From assembly GCA_963747695.1 (NCBI GenBank), contig CAVVFV010000012.1:26659-90658 (forward strand): a stretch of DNA of 64,000 nt, in the 5' to 3' direction. How positions within the stretch are numbered: position 1 is the stretch's first letter; each line of letters opens with the position of its first letter. Origin of the DNA: Candidatus Falkowbacteria bacterium (GTDB taxonomy: Bacteria; Patescibacteriota; Patescibacteriia; Patescibacteriales; WJLG01). The notes beneath the pieces are model-generated. The model ran no database searches. It saw only the letters and a program-made list of their open reading frames with translations, and had not been told where the DNA came from. The translations under genes and the position numbers were made by a program. Shown one piece after another: positions 18,327 to 30,531 of the stretch.

Positions 18327-19862
18327 ATGAGTAATACTAAAGATTTCATCATTGAAGAATTGAGAAAACGGATCGACGGTTTTAAATCCGAAGCCGGCGA
18401 AAAGACTTTCGGCCGCGTGATTTCCGTCGGCGACGGCATTGCCCGCGTATCCGGCTTAGGCGACGCGATGATGTCGGAAATGTTGGAATTCAAATCCGCT
18501 GCCGGTTCAAAGTTCGGCGTGGTTTTGAATCTTGAAGAGGACTCGGTCGGCGCGATTATTCTTGATGATACGGAAGGAATCAAGGAAGGGGATGAAGTCG
18601 TGGCTTTGAAGCGCATTTTGGAAGTTCCGGTTTCGGAAGCGATCATCGGCCGCGTTTTGAATCCGTTGGGTAAAGCTCTGGATGGCAAAGAAGAAATCAA
18701 AACAACTAAATTTTATCCGGTGGAAAAAGTCGCTCCGGGCGTTATCACCCGTGAATCCGTGAAAAAGCCGTTGCAGACCGGCATTAAAGCTATCGACGCG
18801 ATGATCCCGATCGGCCGCGGCCAGCGCGAACTAATCATTGGCGATCGTCAGATCGGTAAGACTGCTATCGCTATTGACACTATCATTAACCAGAAGGGCA
18901 AGAACGTTAAATGTATTTATGTTGCAATCGGTCAGAAGGAATCGAAGATCGCCGGCATCGTTGCCAAATTGAAAGAAGCAGGCGCGATGGAATATACCAC
19001 CGTTATTTTGGCGGGCGCTTCGGACCCAGCTTCTCTCTTATATATCGCTCCGTTTGCCGGTTCGGCTATGGCGGAATATTTCTTGGATAAAGGCGAGGAT
19101 GTTTTGATCGTTTATGATGACTTGACCAAGCACGCCGCGGCTTATCGCGAACTTTCTCTTTTGTTAAGAAGACCTCCGGGACGCGAGGCTTATCCGGGCG
19201 ACGTTTTTTATCTCCATTCTCGTTTATTGGAACGTGCTTGCAAATTGAACAAGGATTTTGGCGGCGGTTCCATTACCGCTTTGCCGGTTATTGAAACTCA
19301 GTCCGGCGACGTGTCCGCTTACATTCCGACCAATGTTATTTCCATTACCGACGGCCAGATTTATCTGGTTCCGGATTTATTTTATCAGGGCAATCGTCCG
19401 GCCGTGGATGCCGGTATTTCCGTTTCCCGTGTCGGTTCAGCCGCGCAGATCAAGGCGATGAAAAAAGTGGCCGGCAAGATGAGGTTGGAAGTGGCGCAAT
19501 ATCGCGAGCTGGCGGCTTTCGCCCAGTTCGGTTCGGATTTGGATGAAGATACAAAAAGAAAATTGGAACGCGGCAAGCGCATCGTGGAAATCTTGAAGCA
19601 AGGCCAGTATGTCCCGATGCCCGTGGAAGAGCAGGTGGCGATTTTCTTTGCCGTGACCAATGGCTTGATGGATAATGTGCCGGTGGAAAAGATCGTTGAA
19701 TTTGAACCGAAGATGGTTGAATATGTGAAGGCCCGCGGCGCAGATGTGTTGAAGGCGATCAAGACATCCGGTGAATTGACTGATGATACGAATGCAAAGT
19801 TGAAGAAGTTGATAGAGGATTTTAAGGACACATTAGAATATGTAGGGAAGTCGGGTATATAA
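18327..19862 (+). CDS. atpA: ATP synthase F1 subunit alpha
   Basis: GDRQIGKT Walker [23 protein letters not shown]. Confidence 0.99.
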   Translation: MSNTKDFIIEELRKRIDGFKSEAGEKTFGRVISVGDGIARVSGLGDAMMSEMLEFKSAAGSKFGVVLNLEEDSVGAIILDDTEGIKEGDEVVALKRILEVPVSEAIIGRVLNPLGKALDGKEEIKTTKFYPVEKVAPGVITRESVKKPLQTGIKAIDAMIPIGRGQRELIIGDRQIGKTAIAIDTIINQKGKNVKCIYVAIGQKESKIAGIVAKLKEAGAMEYTTVILAGASDPASLLYIAPFAGSAMAEYFLDKGEDVLIVYDDLTKHAAAYRELSLLLRRPPGREAYPGDVFYLHSRLLERACKLNKDFGGGSITALPVIETQSGDVSAYIPTNVISITDGQIYLVPDLFYQGNRPAVDAGISVSRVGSAAQIKAMKKVAGKMRLEVAQYRELAAFAQFGSDLDEDTKRKLERGKRIVEILKQGQYVPMPVEEQVAIFFAVTNGLMDNVPVEKIVEFEPKMVEYVKARGADVLKAIKTSGELTDDTNAKLKKLIEDFKDTLEYVGKSGI

Positions 19863-19926
19863 TGCGAATACTACGAATTGTACGCGAATACAACGAACAT
19901 TTATTTACGAAAGTTTTTTAAATTTT

Positions 19927-20068
19927 TGTCATCCTGAGCGCCGCGCGAAGGATCTATTGTCCGAGAAGCTTTCAATTTATAGATAAAAAATTTTGATTGA
20001 ATAAAGTCGGCGTTCCTTCAATATAGATCCTTCGTCAGGGACTCCCTGGCCGGGCAGGCAGGATGACA
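19927..20068. repeat. GTCATCCTGAG MITE with a nested CCTG..CAGG mini-palindrome, preceded by one CGAAT arm (19860-19912)
   Basis: TGTCATCCTGAGCGCCGCGCGAAGGATCT ... AGATCCTTCG...CCTGGCCGGGCAGG-CAGGATGACA. Confidence 0.75.
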
Positions 20069-20142
20069 AAAGAAAGAAGAATGGCAAAATAAAAAAAACG
20101 ACCCGTTGGAGATGAGCCGTTTTATAAAGACTTTTTTGTGGT

Positions 20143-20532
20143 TTAATAATTAGTAGATATGAGATGATAAATGATGTCAATTGAAAAAAATGCTACGATT
20201 ATTGCACCGATACCCAGAATATCCGCAATTTTTTTCCTTATCGGATAACATGCATCGATATTAGCCTGAAGCTCTAAGAAAAAATATATAATTCCGTTAA
20301 AGAGAGAAGCTGCCATTATGGAAATCAACAACGTAATGATCCAAAAATGAACCTTCTCGTATATAATAAGGGAATTGGCTGTTGTGCACTCTTCTCTGTA
20401 GACATACGACGAATTAGTCAGTTGAAGAAGGACAAAAAAGAAAAGCATGGAGATGGTGGATAAAATAATAGAACTTATAATCATGATATCATCCCGATAA
20501 TACCCCCAATACCAACGAATATTTTTGGTCAT
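20143..20532 (-). CDS. Membrane orphan, antisense inside the atp operon
   Basis: 129 aa, three TM segments, SD GGAGG, boxA-like TGATCTTTAAAA upstream, AT-rich. Confidence 0.65.
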   Translation of the reverse strand: MTKNIRWYWGYYRDDIMIISSIILSTISMLFFFVLLQLTNSSYVYREECTTANSLIIYEKVHFWIITLLISIMAASLFNGIIYFFLELQANIDACYPIRKKIADILGIGAIIVAFFSIDIIYHLISTNY

Positions 20533-20608
20533 AATATCCCTCCAATTAAAATTTTTTTAAAGATCAATCAGTTTCAATTAAAATAAATAATTACATATTT
20601 AATAAGAG

Positions 20609-21606
20609 ATGTCAAGTACTAAGGAAATACAACGCAGAATAAAATCCATCGGCAATACTAAGAAAATCACCAAGGCGATGGAAATGGTCTCGGCCGCCAA
20701 GATGAGGAAAACCATCGAGGCGGTATTGAAGACGCGGTCATACGCCAATTTAAGCTGGATGACAGTTTTAAATATCGCTTCTTCGGTGCACGCCGGAAAA
20801 TATCTGCATCCGCTTTTGGCGACTCGCAAGGAAATAAAGCGCGAGGCGATAGTTCTTATCACTTCCAATCGCGGTCTTTGCGGCAGTTTCAATTCGGCCG
20901 TGATCGCCAAAGCGGTCAATTCGATCAAGAAACATCATGTTGAAGAAATAAAACTGACCGAGAGCGTAAGTGCTAAAGTTGATCGAGGAGTTGATTTTAT
21001 CTTGTTGGGCAAAAAAGGCATTTCGGTAAAATCCCGCTACAATTATAATATTGCCGCCGAATTCATCAAAGAAGACGTGGCCTATCAAGCTAAAGAAGTT
21101 GTGCCGGTCGCCAAGATGATCATCAATGATTTTCTTTCCGGAAAATATGATAAGGTGATGGTGGCTTATACCGATTTTGTCAGCCCGTCCAAGCAGATTC
21201 CCCGCGTCAAGCAGATCTTGCCGATCGATTTGGCAGCCAAGGATCATCATTTGGGAATCGTCGGTCAGGATCCGAAGATCGGCGCCGACGCTGAATTTAT
21301 CAAAGCCAAAGAAGAAAAATATTTGCACGATGAAAAGCACGAATCCTATGTTTTTACCTATGAACCGTCGGCCGAAGAAGTTTTGAATGAAATTTTGCCG
21401 AGATTGTTGGAAGTTCAGTTGTTCCAGGCTTTGTTGGAATCCAACGCCTCCGAGCATTCCGCCCGCATGGCCGCGATGCATAAAGCCACCGATGCCGCCA
21501 AAGATCTGGTCGCCGAGCTTACCTTATATTATAACAAGGCTAGGCAGGCGGCGATTACGAGAGAAATTTCAGAAATTAGTGCGGGCGTATCGGCCATGAA
21601 CAGTTA

Positions 21607-21607
<1 letters not shown>
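20609..21607 (+). CDS. atpG: ATP synthase F1 subunit gamma
   Basis: ITKAMEMVSAAK, RGLCGSFN, SEHSARMAAM, RQAAITREISEI. Confidence 0.98.
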
Positions 21608-23506
<1,899 letters not shown>

Positions 23507-23518
23507 ATCAGATTTAGT

Positions 23519-23947
23519 ATGGATAAAGTTATAAAATTCGAAATAGTTACTCCCGAACGAACCGTCTTAAAAGAAGATGTGGTTGAGGTTACCATTCCGA
23601 CCTTGGAAGGGGAGGTGACGATCTTGCCGCATCACGCGCCGCTGGTCGCCACGCTCAAGGCGGGGGTTTTGGTTTTGAAGAAAGCGGATGGTAATGTCGA
23701 TGTCGCTTTTGTCGCCGGCGGATTTTTGGAAGTGCTCCGCAATAAAGTCGTGGTCTTGGCCGACACGGCCGAACGCGCCGAAGAAATTGATCTGGCCAAA
23801 GTCGAAGAAGCCAAAGCCAGAGCGGAAAAAGATATGAAGGAAGTCCGCCACGAGGATGCCGAAGAGTTCGCCCGGATCGCCGCCCAGCTGGAACATGAAC
23901 TCGCCAAAACCAGAGCGGTTAACCGCTGGCGCAACAGATCAAAATGA
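23519..23947 (+). CDS. atpC: ATP synthase F1 subunit epsilon
   Basis: FEIVTPER, ILPHHAPL, GGFLEV, LADTAERAEEID. Confidence 0.97.
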   Translation: MDKVIKFEIVTPERTVLKEDVVEVTIPTLEGEVTILPHHAPLVATLKAGVLVLKKADGNVDVAFVAGGFLEVLRNKVVVLADTAERAEEIDLAKVEEAKARAEKDMKEVRHEDAEEFARIAAQLEHELAKTRAVNRWRNRSK

Positions 23948-24287
23948 ATGGTATCAAGCGCAGGGCAAGCCCTACGCCCATCTTTTTCAAAAGGTATCCC
24001 AGCCGCAAGCGGACGGGGTATTTTTTAATCGCTCGCTCGGAAATAATCGCAGCTTAGGCGCGGGATTATTTCGCTCGCTTCGCTTGAAAATAAACTAATT
24101 TTACATAAAAATAAGGCTCGAACGGCCTTGTTTTTTTGTTGGGCATTTCCTTAAGAATCGGGCAAAGCTTTTGGCGGCTGGAAATTGTTGACAAAAAATT
24201 GAATATATGCTATCTTAGTGAGTTAATTTATGTAGCCATTAAAAGCTTCAGTCTTTTCTAACAAGGAGGCTGACCGAAAATTACATT

Positions 24288-25112
24288 ATGAATATCCATC
24301 AATTTATAAGTTTGATCGGCAAAAAAAAGCAGACCATCGCGTCGATGCTGATTATTTTTTTAGCCGTGGCGGTAATTTTTTCCGCCGTGCAGCCGTTCAA
24401 ATATGACTCCAACATCCAGTTACTGACTATCATCAGTTTCAAGCAGGATGTTGATCCATATACGGCTTCCCGCTCCAATGAATATCTGAGCGGCTTGTTG
24501 GCGAACATCGTTTCTTCCGGATCTTTTTTCCAGCAGATCGAATCGTCCGGGTTTAACATTGATAAAAATTATTTTGCCGGCAGCGCCAAGCAACAGATGA
24601 AAAAATGGGACAAGACCGTCAAGGCGAAAAGCATCGCCGACACCGGTATAATTTCCATCGATGTTTATCACACTGATCGGGCGCAAGCCGAAGAGATCGC
24701 CAAAGCGGTCGCTTACACTTTGCAGACCACCAATTCGCAATACCACGGTTTCGGCGATGGCGTGCAGATCAAGATCATCGATCAGCCGATCACTTCTAAT
24801 TATCCGGTTCAGCCGAATTTACTTTTGAATTTGGGTTTGGCCGTGGCTTTCGCCTTGATCTTTTCCCTCTGCTATATTTATTTGTTCCCGGAAGAAAGAT
24901 ATGATTTGCGCCTGTGGCCGAAAAAAGCTAAGAATCAGGAATTTTCTTTTGCCGAGGAGCCGGCGGATGAAACTGCCAATGTTTTCTCTCCGGTAGTTGC
25001 TCAAGATGCGGAAACCGATTCTCCGCAAGATCAAGAACAAGATTTGACCAATGGCTACAATCCGGCTGATTATCAAGCTAACGGCAATATGAATAATATT
25101 TTGAAGAGATAA
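24288..25112 (+). CDS. Wzz/CpsC-like polysaccharide chain-length determinant
   Basis: Two TM helices around a soluble loop, KIIDQP...PVQPNLLLN motif; promoter TTGACA-17-TATCTT at 24188-24216. Confidence 0.8.
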   Translation: MNIHQFISLIGKKKQTIASMLIIFLAVAVIFSAVQPFKYDSNIQLLTIISFKQDVDPYTASRSNEYLSGLLANIVSSGSFFQQIESSGFNIDKNYFAGSAKQQMKKWDKTVKAKSIADTGIISIDVYHTDRAQAEEIAKAVAYTLQTTNSQYHGFGDGVQIKIIDQPITSNYPVQPNLLLNLGLAVAFALIFSLCYIYLFPEERYDLRLWPKKAKNQEFSFAEEPADETANVFSPVVAQDAETDSPQDQEQDLTNGYNPADYQANGNMNNILKR

Positions 25113-25116
25113 TTTC

Positions 25117-25174
25117 GTAGGAACGCAATATTTTGCGTTCCCGTTCGCCAGAACGCAAAATATTGCGCTCCTAC
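25117..25174. repeat. GTAG-type REP doublet, copy 2
   Basis: GTAGGAACGCAATATTTTGCGTTC...GAACGCAAAATATTGCGCTCCTAC. Confidence 0.8.
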
Positions 25175-25314
25175 GATGAAAATATATTTTGGGTTGTCTA
25201 ATCCGGGAGGTTGATCTCTAAAGCTCCCGGCATAGAGAATCTAATTTAATTGGATTCTTAATTAGGAAAGAACATTCACAATCAGATGCTCTAACGAGCA
25301 GAGAGGAGAAAACC

Positions 25315-27093
25315 ATGGGAAAGCAAAGCTTTTCCGCAATGCTGTTTTTGGTAGCCGTGTTTACGGTTGCCAGCGGCCAATGTGTCGACCCGTCTTATCA
25401 GCCGGGGCAGATAATCGTAATGGTACACAATACGACGATCTGCGACGAAGCCGTGAAGTGCGGCTTGGATTGTTCGGTGTTGGCCAAGTGTTTGGAAATG
25501 TTCCAGAACAAAAAAATTTCCGACCCGAACGCGTATGACACTTTGACTTTTTATGTACCCAAGCCTTATGAAGTAAAAGCCGCTGAAAAGGAATTGGGAA
25601 TAGGAACGGAGAAGACGATCGCAGTCGCGGTTGCACTCAAGAAGAAGTCGAAGCCGATTTCACATTTGTGGACGAAGAAATTCGCCGCCGCCAAGTACCA
25701 GGAAAAGTATTTGATGGAAAGGTACACGCTGCGGCCGGGAGAAAACATTTTTTCCGTCGGGCAAAGGTATCAGAAGAACCCGCAGGTGCTTGTTTGGTTC
25801 AATGGATTGAAAAATCCGGAGAGCCTGCACGCCGGCCAGACTATTAATATTCCCGATACGAGTAAAACGTATTGGATTAATCTGAGGGCCGCGCCTTTGG
25901 GTTCGTCGCTGATTCTCGATGCGCTAGCGGAATGCGATTTTCCTGATCCGGTGAAGGACACGATGGTGACCTTGATTCAAGCCGGAGTCAAAGAAGACGG
26001 ATGTATCGAGGATGGGCAGGAGCTTCAGACGATGGCTTCGGCGCCGCTCAATAAAAACGGTAAGCATCGGCTTAATACCGAGCGCCATGTCGTCGCGGTG
26101 TTCAATAACGGAGAGTGTTATCACTCGGAATTATACAAGGTTAGAGTTGGCGACCAGATTTTTGTCGGCGCCGACCCTGATGTCTGTGATAATTTCAGCA
26201 CCTGGACCGAATCGGTTCCGAAAATTCCGGATACGGTCCAAACCCCGCCTCCGCCGACCACTCCGCCTGTTTTGACGGAAAATCCGCCAGAGACTCCGCC
26301 GGTCGATACCGGTTGGGGCGCTCCGCCTGATACGTCCACCGCTTCGCCGGCAACGGAAGCCGCGGGAAGTCCGTTAATCAACAACCAGGAACTATTCGCC
26401 TGGGTCGGACATGCTTTCCCGCCGTACTTCGTTGACGGAGAAACCTATTATGGAGGAAGGTTCAATTACTTTTTCCGCGGAGTCTTCGGATTCAATCTGG
26501 AGGCTAACGGCTGGGACGGTTACGGTCCTCAGGTTTCCTGGTATCGCTATTTCGGATTCTGTCCCGCCATCGGGCCAAGTCTGCAGTGGGCGAACAATCG
26601 GATCAAGCTCACTCTGTTCGCGGACGTCGCCTGGCAGTATGATTACGGCTATAACAACAACTTCTACACCTCCAAGCAGTATTCCTGGTTTGTCTATCCC
26701 GGATTCACCTACCTGTTCGTGACCGGTAACGGCCATTGGCTGGAAGGTTATCTGGATTACAAGCAGGATGTCAGCCACCGGAGGGACGCTGAAGTCAGCG
26801 GCGCAGCGGTTGTCAATGCGCCGGTCGATAAGTCTTGCACTATTTTCGGAACCAGATGGTTTTTTATCTCTTTTCCGACCAAGACTCCGCTCGACGCCGG
26901 CCTGACCGCCAAAGCGATGTACCTCAACGAGGATCATCGAGTTGAAATGACAATCGGTCCGACGCTTTCGATCAACTATCATTTGAAGTTCGGGCTCGAG
27001 TACAAGCGCACGATCAATTCCAGCGATCCTTACAATAACGGGACTGTTTACGGCGCCTCGCTGGACGTCGATCTCTGGAACATTTTCCGTTGA
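25315..27093 (+). CDS. Secreted LysM protein with a Pro-rich linker and a predicted C-terminal beta-barrel-like domain
   Basis: Signal peptide; LysM YTLRPGENIFSVGQRY...NGLKNPESLHAGQTINIP; PPPPTTPP linker; amphipathic aromatic strands; SD GAGGAG. Confidence 0.75.
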   Translation: MGKQSFSAMLFLVAVFTVASGQCVDPSYQPGQIIVMVHNTTICDEAVKCGLDCSVLAKCLEMFQNKKISDPNAYDTLTFYVPKPYEVKAAEKELGIGTEKTIAVAVALKKKSKPISHLWTKKFAAAKYQEKYLMERYTLRPGENIFSVGQRYQKNPQVLVWFNGLKNPESLHAGQTINIPDTSKTYWINLRAAPLGSSLILDALAECDFPDPVKDTMVTLIQAGVKEDGCIEDGQELQTMASAPLNKNGKHRLNTERHVVAVFNNGECYHSELYKVRVGDQIFVGADPDVCDNFSTWTESVPKIPDTVQTPPPPTTPPVLTENPPETPPVDTGWGAPPDTSTASPATEAAGSPLINNQELFAWVGHAFPPYFVDGETYYGGRFNYFFRGVFGFNLEANGWDGYGPQVSWYRYFGFCPAIGPSLQWANNRIKLTLFADVAWQYDYGYNNNFYTSKQYSWFVYPGFTYLFVTGNGHWLEGYLDYKQDVSHRRDAEVSGAAVVNAPVDKSCTIFGTRWFFISFPTKTPLDAGLTAKAMYLNEDHRVEMTIGPTLSINYHLKFGLEYKRTINSSDPYNNGTVYGASLDVDLWNIFR

Positions 27094-27130
27094 TGATTTC
27101 AACCACCAACCTCAATAGAAAGGGGGAGTT

Positions 27131-27574
27131 ATGAAACTCTCCATCAAGTCAGGTGTTGTCGGTCTCATTCTGACCGCGATCGTCGCCTCTGCCTCCGCTT
27201 TCACTTCGCCCAACGGGGAACCTATGGGCGTTCTGTCGGACGGGACCTATTGGCTCGCCAAGAATCTCGTGGATCCGCTCGAAGGCAGCACGCCAAAACT
27301 CAAGTCCCTCGCGGATAACTGGGGTTTGCGCAAGATGACTCTTGACAATACCGGTAAGTATTACACCGTCAAGGGCAAACCGTGCAAAGCTGGCTTCACG
27401 ATGGATTACTGTTTTGACATCGGAGGGGATCATTTCATCCCTCACGCTCTGGTGCAGATCAGTGATCAGTCGCTGCTCGACAAGATCGGCGCGAATGAGA
27501 TCGTGCCCAATGGGAATGTGCAATTTCCCGGGTTCAATTTCCGAACAATCGTGGTAGCCGGAACGGGCAATTAG
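27131..27574 (+). CDS. Secreted hypothetical protein (YCFDIGG family)
   Basis: Signal peptide ending ASA-SA, SD GGGGGAG, terminator hairpin 27595-27635. Confidence 0.75.
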   Translation: MKLSIKSGVVGLILTAIVASASAFTSPNGEPMGVLSDGTYWLAKNLVDPLEGSTPKLKSLADNWGLRKMTLDNTGKYYTVKGKPCKAGFTMDYCFDIGGDHFIPHALVQISDQSLLDKIGANEIVPNGNVQFPGFNFRTIVVAGTGN

Positions 27575-27741
27575 AGCAAGCAAGTACGCAAGAGGAGGAG
27601 TGTTACAATAGCTTAGGCTGTTGTAACACTCCTCCAAATTCTTTATAATGAATAAGATTAAGCCTGGATCAAGATCTTGGTTTAAAGATTGTTCGTTATT
27701 TTTTAATCAATAAACAGTAAAACAATAAAACGGGAGGTATC

Positions 27742-28533
27742 ATGAAATCGATTTGGTTGATTGGTGTTTTTTTGTTGGCGGCGAATTTGTTCGCCAAAGA
27801 AAGCGGCAAGATCAATCTCGTTGAGCTTGACGTGGGCTATTTGATGAGTACCGCGGATTCGACCATCAGTTTCCGCTTTGCCGATGACCGTACTTGTACG
27901 ATCAGCACCAATTTTTTAAGGCAAGAGCTGAAAAAATCGACCAAGGTAGTCAAATTCAATGTCGATCGCGGTATTAAGTTCGTCGGATTCGATACGATAT
28001 CAGTCAAGCCGGCCGGTTGTGATCGGGCAAAAGTCGATTCAGTAGCCTGGGAAAGAGCCTGGGAAAAATCCGAAGCAGCGGCGCCGGATCGGGTTGTTCA
28101 ATGTTTTTCTCCCGAGCCTGATTATGCCTGGTTCACAGCTCCTTCGCCGGTGGCTGATTCTGCCGCGCCCGTGGCTGACACTGCTCTGCCATTGCACGGC
28201 GTTACCTTGAGCGGTATTTATTTCGTGGCGGTCGCTCTGGTGATGGCGGTCGATGGAAGCGCTCCGGCGGTTAAGTTCGAAACGAAGTGGGACCGGCATC
28301 CGATGACCAAGACAGGAGATTATTACGTCTTCAAGACTGGTCGACGGTTTATTCTACCGATGGCAAGCTATTGCTTCGATATCGGCGGCGGCGAATATCT
28401 GCCTCATGTTTTGAAAAAGGGCCGAGGCGGGGCCTACATTACTGCGGTCGATTCGCTGGCGATTATCGGAAACGGCGGACAAAACGGCTACAATTTCTAT
28501 ACCAAACCGATCAAAACCGATCGGTTCAAGTAG
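27742..28533 (+). CDS. Secreted hypothetical protein (C-terminal YCFDIGG domain)
   Basis: Signal peptide, SD GGGAGG; C-terminus similar to 27131; terminator 28556-28591. Confidence 0.75.
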   Translation: MKSIWLIGVFLLAANLFAKESGKINLVELDVGYLMSTADSTISFRFADDRTCTISTNFLRQELKKSTKVVKFNVDRGIKFVGFDTISVKPAGCDRAKVDSVAWERAWEKSEAAAPDRVVQCFSPEPDYAWFTAPSPVADSAAPVADTALPLHGVTLSGIYFVAVALVMAVDGSAPAVKFETKWDRHPMTKTGDYYVFKTGRRFILPMASYCFDIGGGEYLPHVLKKGRGGAYITAVDSLAIIGNGGQNGYNFYTKPIKTDRFK

Positions 28534-28599
28534 CCGGGATCTTCCGCAAAAAACAAAGAGTCTTTTAACCTTACGGTTTCAAGACTCTTTTAATTTGAG

Positions 28600-28665
28600 G
28601 TAGGAACGCAATACCTTGCGTTCTGATTCACGGCATTTATCGTAGGAACGCAATACCTTGCGTTC
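28600..28665. repeat. GTAG-type REP, two direct copies
   Basis: GTAGGAACGCAATACCTTGCGTTC twice (28600, 28642). Confidence 0.8.
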
Positions 28666-28777
28666 TATCTTTGCAAGAATAATTCGAGAGTTAATTTGAC
28701 AAATATCATTATTTTTGCTATAATTTTTAACGACTCAATTCAGATTAAAAATTGCTTTAAAGAATAATTTTTAAACA

Positions 28778-29887
28778 ATGTTCAGTTCTAATAAATTTAA
28801 GAAATATTTCCGTATCGCTCGGAAGAAGATCGGCAATCAGATTAAAGTCGGGATATTTTTGCGTACCGGATATTTCTTGCCGGTTCCGCAAAAAGTTTAT
28901 TATACCGTTTCCGACAAGTGCAATTTCCAGTGCCAGATGTGCGTCCAATGGCAGCGCGGCAAAAGTGAATCTTTAGCGACTCATATCAGTGAGGCGCGGA
29001 TGAAAGAACTGATCGACGAGATGGCCGAAGCGGGCGTCAGCGAATTCGGGATTTCCGGCGGCGAGCCGATGATCTTCCGGGAAAAGGTTTTCGAGCTTTT
29101 GGAATATGCCAACCGGAAAGGTTTATATACTCACTTCGTCACCAACGGCAGCCTCTTAACCCGCGAGCTGATGGATAAATATGAAAGCATCGGCGGCGGA
29201 CACATTTCGCTTTCGGTCGACGGCATCGGTGCGGCCCACGATAAGCTGCGCGGCGTTCCCGGCGCTTTTGCCGGCGTGGAAAAAGTTCTGCATAATTTCC
29301 GCGAGGGTAATTATCAGAATATCAATTTGAAGATCAATACGGTTTTATCAAATAAAAATTTGGACGAAGTCATTAATATCGCTAAACTGGCGATCGAAAA
29401 TAAGGCGCTGTTTTTCCTTCAGCCTTATGAGATTTACGACTTCGGTCATCAATATACTCCGGAAGAGAGAGAAGCGAATTTTTCTTTGTGGGTGAAGAAG
29501 GAAAATTATCCCAGGCTGAAAAACGTCTTGGCCGAATTGATCGCGCTCAAAGAAAAATATCCGGCGGTGATTTTGAATGAAAAAAAGCATTTAGAAGATA
29601 TGTATGATTATTTCACCGCTTACCTCGGCAAGCGGAAATGCTATGCCGGTTTGGATAATCTCTCCATCAACCAAGAGGGGAAAGTAACTTTCTGTAAATT
29701 CGGCGAACTGGCTGATTTAAAAGTTATGAGCTTGAAAGAATTTTTATCCAGCCCGAAAAGACTTTCGATCGTCAAGGCGAGCTTAGCTTGCCAGCACGGC
29801 TGCCTGATCGGCTGTATGTATCGCCCCGGATTGAAAGAAATGCTTATCAACGGCCCGAAACAGTTTTGGCGCTTGATCAAGAGTTAA
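28778..29887 (+). CDS. Radical SAM protein with a SPASM/twitch-like C-terminus
   Basis: CNFQCQMC, SGGEP, TNG, SVDG, CYAG...FC...CQHGC; consensus promoter TTGACA-17-TATAAT at 28696-28724. Confidence 0.92.
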   Translation: MFSSNKFKKYFRIARKKIGNQIKVGIFLRTGYFLPVPQKVYYTVSDKCNFQCQMCVQWQRGKSESLATHISEARMKELIDEMAEAGVSEFGISGGEPMIFREKVFELLEYANRKGLYTHFVTNGSLLTRELMDKYESIGGGHISLSVDGIGAAHDKLRGVPGAFAGVEKVLHNFREGNYQNINLKINTVLSNKNLDEVINIAKLAIENKALFFLQPYEIYDFGHQYTPEEREANFSLWVKKENYPRLKNVLAELIALKEKYPAVILNEKKHLEDMYDYFTAYLGKRKCYAGLDNLSINQEGKVTFCKFGELADLKVMSLKEFLSSPKRLSIVKASLACQHGCLIGCMYRPGLKEMLINGPKQFWRLIKS

Positions 29888-29956
29888 TTCTAGCCAATTT
29901 TAAGGATATTAAATACCGCGATTTAATGAATAATTAAGCCGCGGTTTTAGTTTTTA

Positions 29957-29985
29957 TTGACAATTTATTTGAAATGTGATATAAT
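29957..29985 (+). promoter_or_regulatory. Perfect sigma70 promoter of orphan 30047
   Basis: TTGACA-17 bp-(TG)-TATAAT, followed by boxA-like TGCTCTTT at 29993. Confidence 0.75.
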
Positions 29986-30046
29986 GTTTTGTTGCTCTTT
30001 TTGATAATATTCTGTTAATTTTAAACCTTAGTGAGAGGAGTCTTGC

Positions 30047-30322
30047 ATGTTTTCACGTCTTTACCCTATCGCCATTGCCGTCTTTCTTTCCCTTTTTCTG
30101 ATTAGCTCCACTAATGCCGCAACGCCGGACAGCACAAAATCGGTCAAGACTTACTATCCGATTCAAAGAGCGGTACGCTTTCAGACCAACGATGTCGACG
30201 TAAAAATAAATAATTTTCTCGCTGACAATCCGATATACAAAAAAGTTGTTCTGATCGCCCGGTATGGAGGAGAGGTTAACTCTTCAGAGCATGAAACGTT
30301 AATCGTAATTTTTTCTAAGTAG
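30047..30322 (+). CDS. Small secreted hypothetical protein (SD-led)
   Basis: Signal peptide ending TNA-A, SD GAGGAG, terminator GGCGCCGAA..TTCGGCGCC at 30362-30383. Confidence 0.7.
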   Translation: MFSRLYPIAIAVFLSLFLISSTNAATPDSTKSVKTYYPIQRAVRFQTNDVDVKINNFLADNPIYKKVVLIARYGGEVNSSEHETLIVIFSK

Positions 30323-30531
30323 GTGGGCGATAACACTACCACAAAGGATCAATTACTCTGAGGCGCCGAAACCAATTCGGCGCCAATTTTTTTTGGCTAA
30401 ATCAACTAAAAAAAAAGGCGTAAAAAATTGCGTATTGACATTTTGTTTAATTTATGATAACGTGGTCTGTTCTGGTTTGATCATTATATATTGGAAAAAT
30501 CAATAATCATTTCTCTCAAGGAGGATCGAAA

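Noticed and set aside
28600-28665. Two 24-bp direct repeats as a mini-CRISPR
   Set aside because: Only two units with an 18-bp gap, the same unit is dispersed as inverted REP doublets, and no cas genes are present.
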